Shown in pieces: positions 8,759 through 17,880 of a stretch of 64,000 nt of DNA (position 1 is the stretch's first letter; the number at the start of each line of letters is the position of its first letter). The stretch comes from an uncultured Pseudomonadota bacterium (GTDB lineage Bacteria; UBA10199; JADFYH01): assembly GCA_964384365.1 (NCBI GenBank), contig CAYLKF010000007.1, forward strand, positions 10,732 to 74,731. Reading direction: 5' to 3'. Position numbers and translations under genes: made by a program. The notes under the pieces were generated by a model. The model did not search any database, was not told the DNA's origin, and saw nothing but the letters and a program-made list of their open reading frames with translations.

Positions 8759-9313
8759 TTAAAAACCGATACGTTTTTGGTTGTTTTTAGGAGGGGTCAT
8801 GATTTCTCGAATCGCATCAAAAACAACTTTGAATTGGTGATCGTATTTCTTTTCAAGATTTTCTAGCTTTCGTGCAAGATCTTTGTTTGAGATGAGTATT
8901 TCGCGAAGCTGCACGAAGGTGCGCATAATTTGAACATTTACTAAAATCGCTCTCTTGCTTTTCAGAACACTGGAAAGCATGGCGATGCCTTGTTCAGTAA
9001 ATACGTAGGGTAGATATTTTCTGTGTTTTCCACGACCTGTTTTTAAGATGCCAAATTGGCATCTTAAAGAATCGTACTCTTCCTGCGAAAGTTGAAAACA
9101 AAAATCATTAGGGAAGCGCTCGAGGTTTCTTTGTACCGCTCGGTTGAGAGCACCTGTTTCAACTTCATAAAGATAAGCCAAATCAGAATCAATCATCACT
9201 TTGTGACCACGAATTAGATAAATACATTTTTCAATTTGCGTTGGAGAGATTAGGAATCTGCTTTGGGTGATAGAAGACACGCTTTCTAGAAAAAAAAGCA
9301 GGATTCGTGCCAA
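8759..9313 (-). CDS. ORF6N-domain DNA-binding protein
   Basis: IRGHKVMIDSDLAYLYEVET, LNRAVQRNLERFPNDFCFQL, YLPYVFTEQGIAMLSSVLKS; start uncertain. Confidence 0.85.
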   Translation of the reverse strand: MARILLFFLESVSSITQSRFLISPTQIEKCIYLIRGHKVMIDSDLAYLYEVETGALNRAVQRNLERFPNDFCFQLSQEEYDSLRCQFGILKTGRGKHRKYLPYVFTEQGIAMLSSVLKSKRAILVNVQIMRTFVQLREILISNKDLARKLENLEKKYDHQFKVVFDAIREIMTPPKNNQKRIGF

Positions 9314-9379
9314 AGCCTCGTTTTCTTTTTAAAAGGAAAAAAAATTGAAAAAGAGAAGTGAGCGTTCGAAAATCGAACT

Positions 9380-9883
9380 CTAAAACTCCACCCGATCGCC
9401 GCGCTCGACTTTATATTTTTTCACAAAGCCGGCATTTACTTCTAGAGCGTAACGGTAGGGGGCATGCGGCGGGACAAGCTCTTCGGATAAAGGTTGGGTG
9501 TTTTCGGCGATGTCTACAATTTCCTTTTGGGAATTAATAAAGAGAATATCAAGGGGCATGTAGGTATCTTTCATCCAAAAGGGAGTGAGGTTTTCTTCAT
9601 CAAAAATAAAAAGCATGCCTTCTTTTTCGGGCATATTTTTTCGAAACATCAATCCGCGCATGCGTTCGAGATCGGAATCGGCAATCTCCACACGGAGAGT
9701 GATTTTCATGTTAGAGGCTGTGGCTTTTTCAATAGTGAGTTTCTTCATATTTGAGGAAGAGCAGGCTATTACAAGACATAAGAGGAAAAACAAGAAAATA
9801 GACCTCCCCCAACCCCCTCCTTTGTAAGGAGGGGGGAAGGGGGCGGTAGAGAGTTTGTTAGTAATTGTGCAAAATATCTTCAA
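9380..9883 (-). CDS. DUF192 family lipoprotein
   Basis: VEIADSDLERMRGLMFR, GMLFIF, FWMKDTYMPLDILFI, YALEVNAG; N-terminus contains a translated palindrome. Confidence 0.88.
   Translation of the reverse strand: MKIFCTITNKLSTAPFPPPYKGGGWGRSIFLFFLLCLVIACSSSNMKKLTIEKATASNMKITLRVEIADSDLERMRGLMFRKNMPEKEGMLFIFDEENLTPFWMKDTYMPLDILFINSQKEIVDIAENTQPLSEELVPPHAPYRYALEVNAGFVKKYKVERGDRVEF
9801..9846. repeat. REP-like palindrome (family 2) inside the DUF192 ORF
   Basis: GACCTCCCCC-aa-CCCCCTCCTT-tgt-AAGGAGGGGG-gAAGGGGGC. Confidence 0.7.
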
Positions 9884-10835
9884 TGGCTTTTTTCCTTTTT
9901 CGTTCGAGTTCAGGGCTTATTTTTTTAGGGCTCGGTTTTGTTTCGGTAGTTTGAGGATAAGTGGTGGGCATCCGGCCCCCCTTAATCATACGATCAGCCA
10001 GAGTATCGGCTTTACGGGTTTCGGATTCTTGCCGGCGTTCCTTATTTTTTTGAATCTGCAATTCAATGACTTTTGGATTCGGGTAAGTGTTTTTGATTTC
10101 TTCATAAATTTTGAGCGCTTTATCGAAATCTCCCAAATCTTCATAGCAATCGGCCATATTAAACTTCGCTTCGCTGCTCAAACTGCTTTCGGGGTAATTT
10201 TTAAGAAAAGCCTCATAAACCGGAATCGCTTCACGCGTGTTTCCCTCTAAAAAATAGCTGTTTGCGATTTGAAAGATGATCTGATCGGTAAGAGGCGTTT
10301 GTGGGTTTTGATCTAAGATTTTTTTAAAATCTTTACGGGCTGCTTCAAACTGCTTGAGTTTCATTAAACATAAGCCCACTTGGAGTCGGTATTGGTCATT
10401 TTGATAATGGTTCGGAAAGTTCATCAGAATATTTTGATATTCTTTGAGCGCTTTATCAAATTGGCCGGTTGAAAAGAAAATTTCTCCTTTTTTGGCGTAA
10501 GACTGCAGGGCATAGGGGGTGCCTGGAAAACGGATGGTAACAAGTTCATAGCTTTTGAGGGCTTGGTCGAAATTATTCAAGGAGAGACTGTAGATATCTC
10601 CTACCTGAAGGAGAAGTTCGGGAATTTTAGGATGATTGGGGTTTTCTTCGATCAAGCCGAGGTAAATTCCAATCGCCTCTTTGTATTTTTTTGATTTCCA
10701 ATACTTCTCGGCTTTTTCAATTTTTTGCTCGAAAGTTCTCGGTTTAAAACCATAAACCGCCGCCATAATTCCCAAAGCAACGATTGCGAAGAGCGCAATA
10801 ATTTGGCGGGGCCCAAATGAGGGTTTTAATTTCAT
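9858..10835 (-). CDS. Membrane-anchored TPR protein (CpoB/BamD-like repeats)
   Basis: N-terminal TM helix followed by repeated TPR-like units; overlaps the gyrA stop (ATGA). Confidence 0.8.
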   Translation of the reverse strand: MKLKPSFGPRQIIALFAIVALGIMAAVYGFKPRTFEQKIEKAEKYWKSKKYKEAIGIYLGLIEENPNHPKIPELLLQVGDIYSLSLNNFDQALKSYELVTIRFPGTPYALQSYAKKGEIFFSTGQFDKALKEYQNILMNFPNHYQNDQYRLQVGLCLMKLKQFEAARKDFKKILDQNPQTPLTDQIIFQIANSYFLEGNTREAIPVYEAFLKNYPESSLSSEAKFNMADCYEDLGDFDKALKIYEEIKNTYPNPKVIELQIQKNKERRQESETRKADTLADRMIKGGRMPTTYPQTTETKPSPKKISPELERKRKKAIEDILHNY

Positions 10836-13282
10836 GATGAAGTGGGTTCCTCTTCCTCTTCACTTTCTGCGAGCTTCGCAATAGCGGTTACTTTTTCTTG
10901 TTCATCTAATGAAATAAGGCGTACCCCTTGGGTATTACGGCCAATTACCGAGATATCTCTTACCTTCATGCGGATGATTTTTCCGCCATCGCTGATGATC
11001 ATGATTTCATCGGTATCGGTCACCTGACAAACCGAAACGACAGGGCCCGTTTTATCGGTCACTTTCAGGGTAATGACTCCCACGCCGCCTCGGCCTTGAA
11101 CTCGATATTCTTCGGTGGGGGTGCGTTTGCCATAACCATGCTCTGAAACCGTGAGAATGGCAGCTCCTGTGTTAATTACCTCCATGCCCACGACATAATC
11201 ACCTTTTTCGAGACGAATTCCGATGACTCCCACGGCCGTTCGGCCCATTGAGCGAACTTCATCTTCATTAAAACGAATCGTGAGACCATCGCGGGTGCCA
11301 ATGAAAATATCTTGGCCTCCTTGAGTAACGCGCGCCCGAATCAATTCATCACCGTCTTCAATGCCTAAGGCAATAATTCCCGAAGCGCGAGGGTTTGAAT
11401 ACGCCATGAGTTCGGTTTTTTTCACGATACCTTTTCTGGTACCCATGATGATTTGTTTGCCTTCTTCAAATTCTTTAATGGGGAGCACGGCCGCCACGGT
11501 TTCATCGGAGCTCATTTGAAGCAAGTTCACAATGGCTTTGCCTTTTGCAGTTCGGCCTGCTTGAGGCACATCATAAACTTTCAACCAATAGACTTTTCCT
11601 TTATTGGTGAAGACCAAAAGATAATTATGCGTTGAGGCAATGAAGAGATCCGAAACAAAATCTTCTTCTTTGGTGGTCATGCCGGTTTTACCACGGCCTC
11701 CGCGGCGTTGCGCGCGGTAAAGGCTGATCGGATTTCGTTTGATGTAACCCGAATGACTAATGGTAACCACCATGTCTTCTTCTTGAATTAAATCTTCGAT
11801 CGAGATTTCAGCGGTGGTTGCCTGAATCTCAGTGCGACGTGGGTCGGCATACGATTTTTTGATTTCTTGAAGTTCATCGACAATAATTTTGTAGATGCGT
11901 CGTTCATCGGCCAAAATTGCTTTTAATTCTTTGATCAGGGCTAAAATTTCTTTGTATTCTTCGATAATTTTATCGCGTTCAAGCCCCGTTAGGCGCTGCA
12001 AACGCATTTCTAAGATCGCTTGCGCCTGAATTTCGGAGAGCTTGAATTTTTTCATCAAGCCTAGCCGGGCTTCTTCGGGATTTTTCGATTTTTTAATGAG
12101 CGCCACGACTTCATCGATATTTTCAACCGCGATTTTCAAGCCTTCTAAAATATGAGCGCGTTCTTCGGCTTTTCGAAGATCGTAAATAGTTCGGCGAGTA
12201 ACGATTTCTTTTCGATGATCGATGAAATATTGCAGATATTGTTGAAGATTTAAAACTTTCGGTTGTCCATGAACAATGGCGAGCAAAATTACGCCAAATG
12301 AGCTTTGCATGGCGGTATGTTTGTAAAGCTGATTCAACACAACACCTGCGATGGTGCCCTTTTTCAATTCAACCACAACTCGCATTCCTTCGCGATCGGA
12401 CTCATCTCTTAAATCGGAAATTCCTTCGATTTTTCCTTCGCGAACCAGCTCCGCAATGCGTTCTACCAACTTGGCTTTATTAACCTGAAAAGGAATCTCG
12501 GTCACGATGATCGCTTCGCGATCTCCTTTTGCGATTTTTTCAATCGCGGCCTTTGCACGCATGCTAATGCTGCCACGGCCCGTTTCATAAGCTTCTTTGA
12601 TTCCTTCTCTTCCATAAATATAGGCACCTGTTGGGAAATCAGGCCCGGGTACAATTTTTAGGAGCTCTTTAAGAGTAATGTCGGGCTTATGAATGGTGGC
12701 AATCAGGGCGTCGCAAATTTCTCCAAGGTTGTGAGGGGGAATTTTCGTGGCCATTCCCACGGCAATTCCATCGGAACCATTAATCAAAAGGTTGGGCACT
12801 CGAGTGGGAAGTACGGCGGGTTCCATGGTGGAGTTATCGAAATTGGCAATGAAATCGACGGTTTCTTTGTCGAGATCTTGCAACATTTCTTCGGCCAGCT
12901 TGGTGAGTCGGGCTTCGGTATAACGATAGGCCGCAGGGGAATCGCCATCAATCGAGCCAAAGTTTCCTTGCCCATCGATGAGCGTATAACGCATGTTCCA
13001 GGGTTGAGCCATCCGCACCAAAGAATCGTAAACGGCGTTATCGCCGTGCGGATGATATTTTTTTAAAACTTCACCCACCACGCCCGCGCATTTCGAATAG
13101 CGTTTGTTCGAAAGAAGGCCTTCTCGGAACATCGCGTAGAGAATACGGCGGTGTACGGGTTTTAGGCCATCTCGAACATCGGGTAGGGCTCGCCCAACAA
13201 TCACGCTCATGGCGTAATCGAGGTAGGCTCCCTTCATTTCATCTTCTATATTAATGGGAATAATTTCAGCAGATCCGGGCAT
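10832..13282 (-). CDS. gyrA: DNA gyrase subunit A
   Basis: YLDYAMSVIVGRALPDVRDGLKPVHRR, KYHPHGD, catalytic AAYRYTE, GyrA-box QRRGGRG, beta-pinwheel CTD. Confidence 0.98.
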   Translation of the reverse strand: MPGSAEIIPINIEDEMKGAYLDYAMSVIVGRALPDVRDGLKPVHRRILYAMFREGLLSNKRYSKCAGVVGEVLKKYHPHGDNAVYDSLVRMAQPWNMRYTLIDGQGNFGSIDGDSPAAYRYTEARLTKLAEEMLQDLDKETVDFIANFDNSTMEPAVLPTRVPNLLINGSDGIAVGMATKIPPHNLGEICDALIATIHKPDITLKELLKIVPGPDFPTGAYIYGREGIKEAYETGRGSISMRAKAAIEKIAKGDREAIIVTEIPFQVNKAKLVERIAELVREGKIEGISDLRDESDREGMRVVVELKKGTIAGVVLNQLYKHTAMQSSFGVILLAIVHGQPKVLNLQQYLQYFIDHRKEIVTRRTIYDLRKAEERAHILEGLKIAVENIDEVVALIKKSKNPEEARLGLMKKFKLSEIQAQAILEMRLQRLTGLERDKIIEEYKEILALIKELKAILADERRIYKIIVDELQEIKKSYADPRRTEIQATTAEISIEDLIQEEDMVVTISHSGYIKRNPISLYRAQRRGGRGKTGMTTKEEDFVSDLFIASTHNYLLVFTNKGKVYWLKVYDVPQAGRTAKGKAIVNLLQMSSDETVAAVLPIKEFEEGKQIIMGTRKGIVKKTELMAYSNPRASGIIALGIEDGDELIRARVTQGGQDIFIGTRDGLTIRFNEDEVRSMGRTAVGVIGIRLEKGDYVVGMEVINTGAAILTVSEHGYGKRTPTEEYRVQGRGGVGVITLKVTDKTGPVVSVCQVTDTDEIMIISDGGKIIRMKVRDISVIGRNTQGVRLISLDEQEKVTAIAKLAESEEEEEPTSS

Positions 13283-13301
13283 AGAGTACCTTTTTTGACA
13301 A

Positions 13302-13365
13302 TCCCCCTAACCCCAGTGGGGTAGAAAAAACTCCTCCTCTTAAGATTGAGAGGAGGCAGGGAGGT
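13302..13365. repeat. REP-like palindrome (family 2)
   Basis: CCTCCTCT-taagattg-AGAGGAGG at 13333-13356, preceded by a degenerate CCCCCTAACCCC..GGGG. Confidence 0.7.
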
Positions 13366-13443
13366 TTGTGATTAAATCGTGTTTAAGAGTAAGTTTGTTA
13401 ATTCAAAATATTTTGGGAGGATTAACTTCCGGAGGGGTAAAAG

Positions 13444-14433
13444 TCAACGACTCTTGAAGAGAAAAGCAAGGATTCCCATTAAGATGATCATGCCCAGCCC
13501 CACCAAAGAAGCTTCGGCAAAATTTAAGCCAAATCCAATCGAAGCAGCGAAGGCGGCCAAGGCAAGTAAGATATACCAAAAATTCACACGTTGAATTTCA
13601 TCACGTTGGAGAAAGGGGGCAAAGACTTCTCCATCCCTTTTTTGATACGGAAGAAGGTATTCTTGGGGCATTCCCCCCCGTTTTTTTAGATAAGCCAAAA
13701 GTTTGCGAGATGATTTTTTTAGGCCTTCTCGATCTAAGATTTTGAGGGCGGCTAAAAAATGATCGATTTCTCCCTTAGGATTCATTTCCGCTTGGATGAG
13801 CTCAAGAAAGGCCAGGCCGGGTTTCTTGAAGCCTAAGTCTTCAAGTTCTGTTTTGGCCTTGATTTGAGGATTCATTGATTCATGAGCTTTGCCGTCGAGT
13901 TTTAAAGATTCTTGCAGATTATTAGAGGCGCCTACTCCTTGAAAATTGAGATTTTTTTGCACCGCTTGTTGAAATTGTTGCCAGAGCATTCCCCCTTGCA
14001 TGGCTTTTAGGCTCAAAACGACTTGGGTGATGGGTAAGCGCTGCTCGTTTACTAAATAACCGGCTTCTCGAATAAATTCGCGAATAATTTGAATATCGCG
14101 TTTTAACTCCTGAACCATTTTCTGATTCATTTCTCTAAAAAGTGGATTTTGGGCATCAGGTTCGGAGTCGGCCTGTTGGGGGTGATAGGCCTCCTGATAG
14201 ATTTGGTCCATAACCCCTACGAAATCTTGAGACAATTCCAGGGGAGAGCTTGTTGGAAGCATGTTGGTGGCAGTTGTTGAATTTGCTTCTTGCATACGAG
14301 CCGCAACTTCTTTTGCCATAGCTTCTCGTTTTTGTATTTCGGTTTGCGAGTTTTGTTGACTTCGGGTGCTATGATCTGGACCAGGTGGGTCGGTTGGATG
14401 TGGATTGGGCCGTACGGTGAAATCGGGATTCAT
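13444..14433 (-). CDS. Hypothetical protein with C-terminal TM hairpin
   Basis: 329-aa ORF filling the gap; Pro-rich N-terminus, two C-terminal hydrophobic helices; no family recognised. Confidence 0.65.
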   Translation of the reverse strand: MNPDFTVRPNPHPTDPPGPDHSTRSQQNSQTEIQKREAMAKEVAARMQEANSTTATNMLPTSSPLELSQDFVGVMDQIYQEAYHPQQADSEPDAQNPLFREMNQKMVQELKRDIQIIREFIREAGYLVNEQRLPITQVVLSLKAMQGGMLWQQFQQAVQKNLNFQGVGASNNLQESLKLDGKAHESMNPQIKAKTELEDLGFKKPGLAFLELIQAEMNPKGEIDHFLAALKILDREGLKKSSRKLLAYLKKRGGMPQEYLLPYQKRDGEVFAPFLQRDEIQRVNFWYILLALAAFAASIGFGLNFAEASLVGLGMIILMGILAFLFKSR

Positions 14434-14480
14434 AAATTACCTCGATTCGAAGAAAATATATTTTTTCTTCGACTTTGCTG

Positions 14481-14508
14481 TTGACATCATTCACAACGAT
14501 CGTATGAT
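14481..14508 (+). promoter_or_regulatory. Sigma70-type promoter for hup
   Basis: TTGACA-16 nt-TATGAT. Confidence 0.65.
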
Positions 14509-14690
14509 GGCCGGGACTTTGCCGACCGCCTAATCCGCCAACGAAGAAAATAAAAATGTTTGCCGCAACGATGATTGGCAAAGACAAGAAGCAAAGTCAT
14601 TATAGTTGTTTCGATCAGTAGATAAAAGTTTTTATTTTTTACTAACCCGGTTCTTCCCCAAAGAAGAGCCACAATACTGAGGAGGGTAAG

Positions 14691-14963
14691 ATGACAAAAG
14701 CAGAACTCATCGCCCAAGTCGCAAAAGAAACAAAACTCTCAAAAGCCGCAGCAGAAAACGCAATCAATGCCGTTACTGCCGCAGTCACCAAGTGCCTCAA
14801 AAAGAAAGACAAGATTACCTTGACTGGCTTTGGCACTTTCTTAGTTTCTAAGAGAAAAGCCCGCAAGGGTCGTAACCCGCAAACAGGCGCCGAGATCAAC
14901 ATTAAGGCCGCTAATGTTCCGAAATTCAAACCCGGAAAAGAATTGAAAGATTCTGTTCGGTAG
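14691..14963 (+). CDS. hup: DNA-binding protein HU
   Basis: MTKAELI...ITLTGFGTF...RKGRNPQTGAEINIKA..PKFKPGK; SD GAGGAGG. Confidence 0.96.
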   Translation: MTKAELIAQVAKETKLSKAAAENAINAVTAAVTKCLKKKDKITLTGFGTFLVSKRKARKGRNPQTGAEINIKAANVPKFKPGKELKDSVR

Positions 14964-14981
14964 TTAGGGTGAGCTAAAATT

Positions 14982-15017
14982 AAAGCCCCTTCGTTTTAAA
15001 ACGAAGGGGCTTTTTTT
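14982..15017 (+). terminator. Intrinsic terminator (likely bidirectional)
   Basis: AAAGCCCCTTCGTTT/AAACGAAGGGGCTTT followed by T7. Confidence 0.9.
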
Positions 15018-15021
15018 ATGC

Positions 15022-15822
15022 CTAATTTTCAATTTGAATTGAAAAAGAATCGAACAGATGTTCGACAAAGTGCTCAAAAACTTCACTATTCTTTTCAACG
15101 CTGATTTCTCTCACTATGCTTTCGGGGAGTTCTTCTAAACTCGCAAAATCAATTCCATGAAACCAATCATTCACATCGATTTCGATTTTTAAATGATGAG
15201 CCTCTCCATTGAGAGTGAGATTTTGCATTAAGCGAATTTTTTCACCCAAATTTCCTTGAATTAAAAAAGAATACAAACGTCCCGATTCCAGATGCAACGC
15301 TGAACCGCGAAGCAAGAGAGAATGAGAAATTTCTGAAGGAAGAAACAGCGTTTCTGCTGTTCGAATTGTTTCCGGAAACTCCAGTTCTAAACCTTGATAA
15401 TTTCCAACGGGCATTTGAATGCACGGGAGAGCAGTATTTTGTAAAAGATTGAGATAGATAAATTTATTGAGGCTGTTTTGATAATCGCAAGAGCTGGAGT
15501 GGGCATGTTCGTCGGAATTCGAATCGTCTTCTGATTCTTCTTCGTGTTCGTGGCCTTCGTGCTGGGCCTGAAGGGTTTGTGCGGAGATTCCGATAAAGTT
15601 CAGTTTTCCAAAAATAAGTCCTGCCTGATCGAGGTGAATTCGGTAGCCCGCAGTTTCAAAATCTTGGCGTGTCGCAGGGATTTGAATTTGAGCCAAGAGA
15701 CGAGTGGGGGGATTAGTTGAGGTATCTGTGTTTTGATTCTGATTCAGCAAAGAATTGCCACTGCAAGAGGAGAATGTGGTTCCTAAAAAAAATAAAATTA
15801 AAATTGTTCTGATAAATTTCAT
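15022..15822 (-). CDS. His/acidic-rich lipoprotein, putative metal-binding
   Basis: Lipobox FSSC; QHEGHEHEEESEDDSNSDEHAHSSSC tract. Confidence 0.65.
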   Translation of the reverse strand: MKFIRTILILFFLGTTFSSCSGNSLLNQNQNTDTSTNPPTRLLAQIQIPATRQDFETAGYRIHLDQAGLIFGKLNFIGISAQTLQAQHEGHEHEEESEDDSNSDEHAHSSSCDYQNSLNKFIYLNLLQNTALPCIQMPVGNYQGLELEFPETIRTAETLFLPSEISHSLLLRGSALHLESGRLYSFLIQGNLGEKIRLMQNLTLNGEAHHLKIEIDVNDWFHGIDFASLEELPESIVREISVEKNSEVFEHFVEHLFDSFSIQIEN

Positions 15823-15838
15823 AAAATTCCTTTTTAAA

Positions 15839-16690
15839 TTAAAAAGCGTAAGTGGTGTTAAATAAAAACCCCGCTTTTACATCGGTGAGTAAAAGAGGAG
15901 AGAGCGGCGATAAAATAACTCCGGATTTTAGTTGCAGCGTATCGATCACCGAAACGCGTGCACCCAAGCTCGTGGAGAGCTTGGGGCTTAGTTGCCAGAA
16001 AAGTGCTGGATTCAAAAAAGCCTTGGTCGAACCTGTGTTGAGGTTTTCGCTCGAGAGAGCGGTAGAGCCTTGAAGAGCCAGCAAAAGCTTGAGAGGAGCC
16101 TTTCCCCCAACAATTGGAACAGTAATTCCTGTTGAAAAATCGAGGCTCGGAGCGGGTTGATCGGAGGCCAAAACCGAAGTTCCGAGCGTGATGAAACTAT
16201 CGAGCTGATGAAACCACTGCGCAGAATAGGTGAGATAGGGCGAAAAAATTACATTACCTGCCCCATAACCTTCGTCTTTTTTTCCGCTTGGAAAAGAAAC
16301 GACTTGTCCAAAAGTAAGGCCCATGCGGTTTGGCTCTTGCTGACTCCACAATAAAGATTTTAGGGTAAAAGCCACGTCGCCCAAGCCAGAACCCTGCGGA
16401 AGAAAATCTTGGCGAAGCGTTGCAAAGGGTAGGCGTGCCCCCACGCTTACACGCGGATGCACGACGTATTCCCCTGAAAGTTGATATTTCGCAACACTGC
16501 CTAGGTGATCATCGAGTTCATCAATACTGATATCGAGAGCAATATAAGTTTTGGGAGGCCGCGATTCAGTGGAGAAAGGATTAAAAAGCGCGAATCCTCC
16601 GCCGCCATGAGCGTTCGTGTGATGGGCAAAGGTCGAGTTTGATAATAGAAAAACCCAAATAAAGCCGATGCCGATTAAAAAATATTTCAT
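15839..16690 (-). CDS. Putative outer-membrane beta-barrel transporter with N-terminal His motif
   Basis: Signal peptide then AHHTNAHGGG; GSGLGDVAF; amphipathic strands; terminal Phe. ATG 16690 preferred over TTG 16708. Confidence 0.65.
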   Translation of the reverse strand: MKYFLIGIGFIWVFLLSNSTFAHHTNAHGGGGFALFNPFSTESRPPKTYIALDISIDELDDHLGSVAKYQLSGEYVVHPRVSVGARLPFATLRQDFLPQGSGLGDVAFTLKSLLWSQQEPNRMGLTFGQVVSFPSGKKDEGYGAGNVIFSPYLTYSAQWFHQLDSFITLGTSVLASDQPAPSLDFSTGITVPIVGGKAPLKLLLALQGSTALSSENLNTGSTKAFLNPALFWQLSPKLSTSLGARVSVIDTLQLKSGVILSPLSPLLLTDVKAGFLFNTTYAF

Positions 16691-16715
16691 AAGTAGCCTT
16701 TCTTGCAAAGTGTTT

Positions 16716-16851
16716 GCAATGAGGCAGCATCCTTTCGTTCAGACAAAACGCGCCGCAAGGTATGCGCGGGGTGGCGGCATAGAAGGCTGTGCGATTCTAC
16801 AATGGATAGGTTCGGCGCTTTGTCTTCACTGCAGGATACTTCCTTGATTGC
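16716..16851 (-). repeat. Family-1 structured repeat, copy D (136 bp)
   Basis: Arms AGTATCCT/AGGATGCT plus GCAAT/ATTGC. Inner stem AGACAAA-GCGCCG/CGGCGC-GT-TTTGTCT; CCTTGCGG. Confidence 0.8.
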
Positions 16852-16866
16852 GCTAAGGTGAAAAAA

Positions 16867-17220
16867 TTAAGAAAGGCGAGGCGGCTTTTCAGGAGGGCTG
16901 GAATAGTAAGAAGAAATGAAAAAAGAATCGGTTTTGAGAGAAGTGAGTTCGGCTTGAAAAATCGGAAAACTGAAAAAGCTGGGTAAAAAAGAATCGGTTT
17001 TTAAACTTAAAATCTCTTCGTGTGATTTTTGATGGGGCTTTGGATTTTCTTTTAAGCTTTCTTGGAGGGCATGGCCGCAAATTAAAATGGAGCTTTTTGG
17101 ATTTGAGGAGATGTCGGGATTTTTAGAAAAATTTAAGACAGCACTTAAGCTAAAACCCTGGCCTAAGCTGATCAGCGCAAAGAAGAAAACTACCCAAAAT
17201 TTTTGCCGGAAAAATTTCAC
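16867..17220 (-). CDS. Small upstream ORF, candidate arrest peptide ending SPPEKPPRLS
   Basis: N-terminal TM helix, internal SLKTDSF repeat, C-terminal PP motif; GTG 17220 (or TTG 17232). Confidence 0.6.
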   Translation of the reverse strand: MKFFRQKFWVVFFFALISLGQGFSLSAVLNFSKNPDISSNPKSSILICGHALQESLKENPKPHQKSHEEILSLKTDSFLPSFFSFPIFQAELTSLKTDSFFISSYYSSPPEKPPRLS

Positions 17221-17259
17221 GACGCTTTTCAATAATAAAATGGAGATCTTGTCAATCGA

Positions 17260-17772
17260 TCAGTCTTTTGCAGATTCAGACTCTTGTAATTTTGAATATT
17301 CTTCGAATTCTTTAGTGATATCGATTGTTTCTTCGGGAGGATTTTCATCATCAAAAGTGGAATCTTGAGATTCTTGAATATAGTAAAAAGAGGTGGTTTC
17401 TTCGGAGATTTCCTTTTTTTCAGGCTCCTTGGTGTTTTGCATCATCCATAATATTCCGAGTTGCTGAAGAAGGGCGTTGGCCAGAAAGGGCATGCGTTCC
17501 TTGAGTAAATGGAATCCAAAAAAAGAGGGGTGAAAATTTTCATCAAAAAGCTGTGCCGGTTCGGCGTGAGAATAATGGGGCGCCACTTTTCCAAAAGCCT
17601 CTGCATGAATGTTTGAATGAGTAGGGGCCAGAGCATGCGAATAAGAAAGCGAGCTCGCGCGGTATTGCGATTCAAGAGAACTTGTTTGAGCTTTTGGGAG
17701 TGTTTTGGGTAGTTCAGGTTCAGCAGGGCTCACTAAGCTGTGAATGGGATGAATCGGGTTCAGTGGCGACAT
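17260..17772 (-). CDS. Hypothetical protein
   Basis: 170-aa ORF with Pro/Ser/His-rich N-terminus and acidic C-terminus; SD-like GGAG upstream. Confidence 0.55.
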   Translation of the reverse strand: MSPLNPIHPIHSLVSPAEPELPKTLPKAQTSSLESQYRASSLSYSHALAPTHSNIHAEAFGKVAPHYSHAEPAQLFDENFHPSFFGFHLLKERMPFLANALLQQLGILWMMQNTKEPEKKEISEETTSFYYIQESQDSTFDDENPPEETIDITKEFEEYSKLQESESAKD

Positions 17773-17880
17773 AGTCTCCTCACTCCTATTATCGGCAAAC
17801 CCTTGATTTTGTTGCGTGCGTGCCGTTGTAAGAAATGTAGCAGATTGTGAAAACTTGTTAAAGAATTTGTATGCTTTGAA

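Noticed and set aside
16716-16851. Metal riboswitch (NiCo/cobalamin) before the His-rich transporter
   Set aside because: Conserved cores of those riboswitches are not recognisable, and the same element recurs before unrelated genes, so it is treated as a family-1 repeat.
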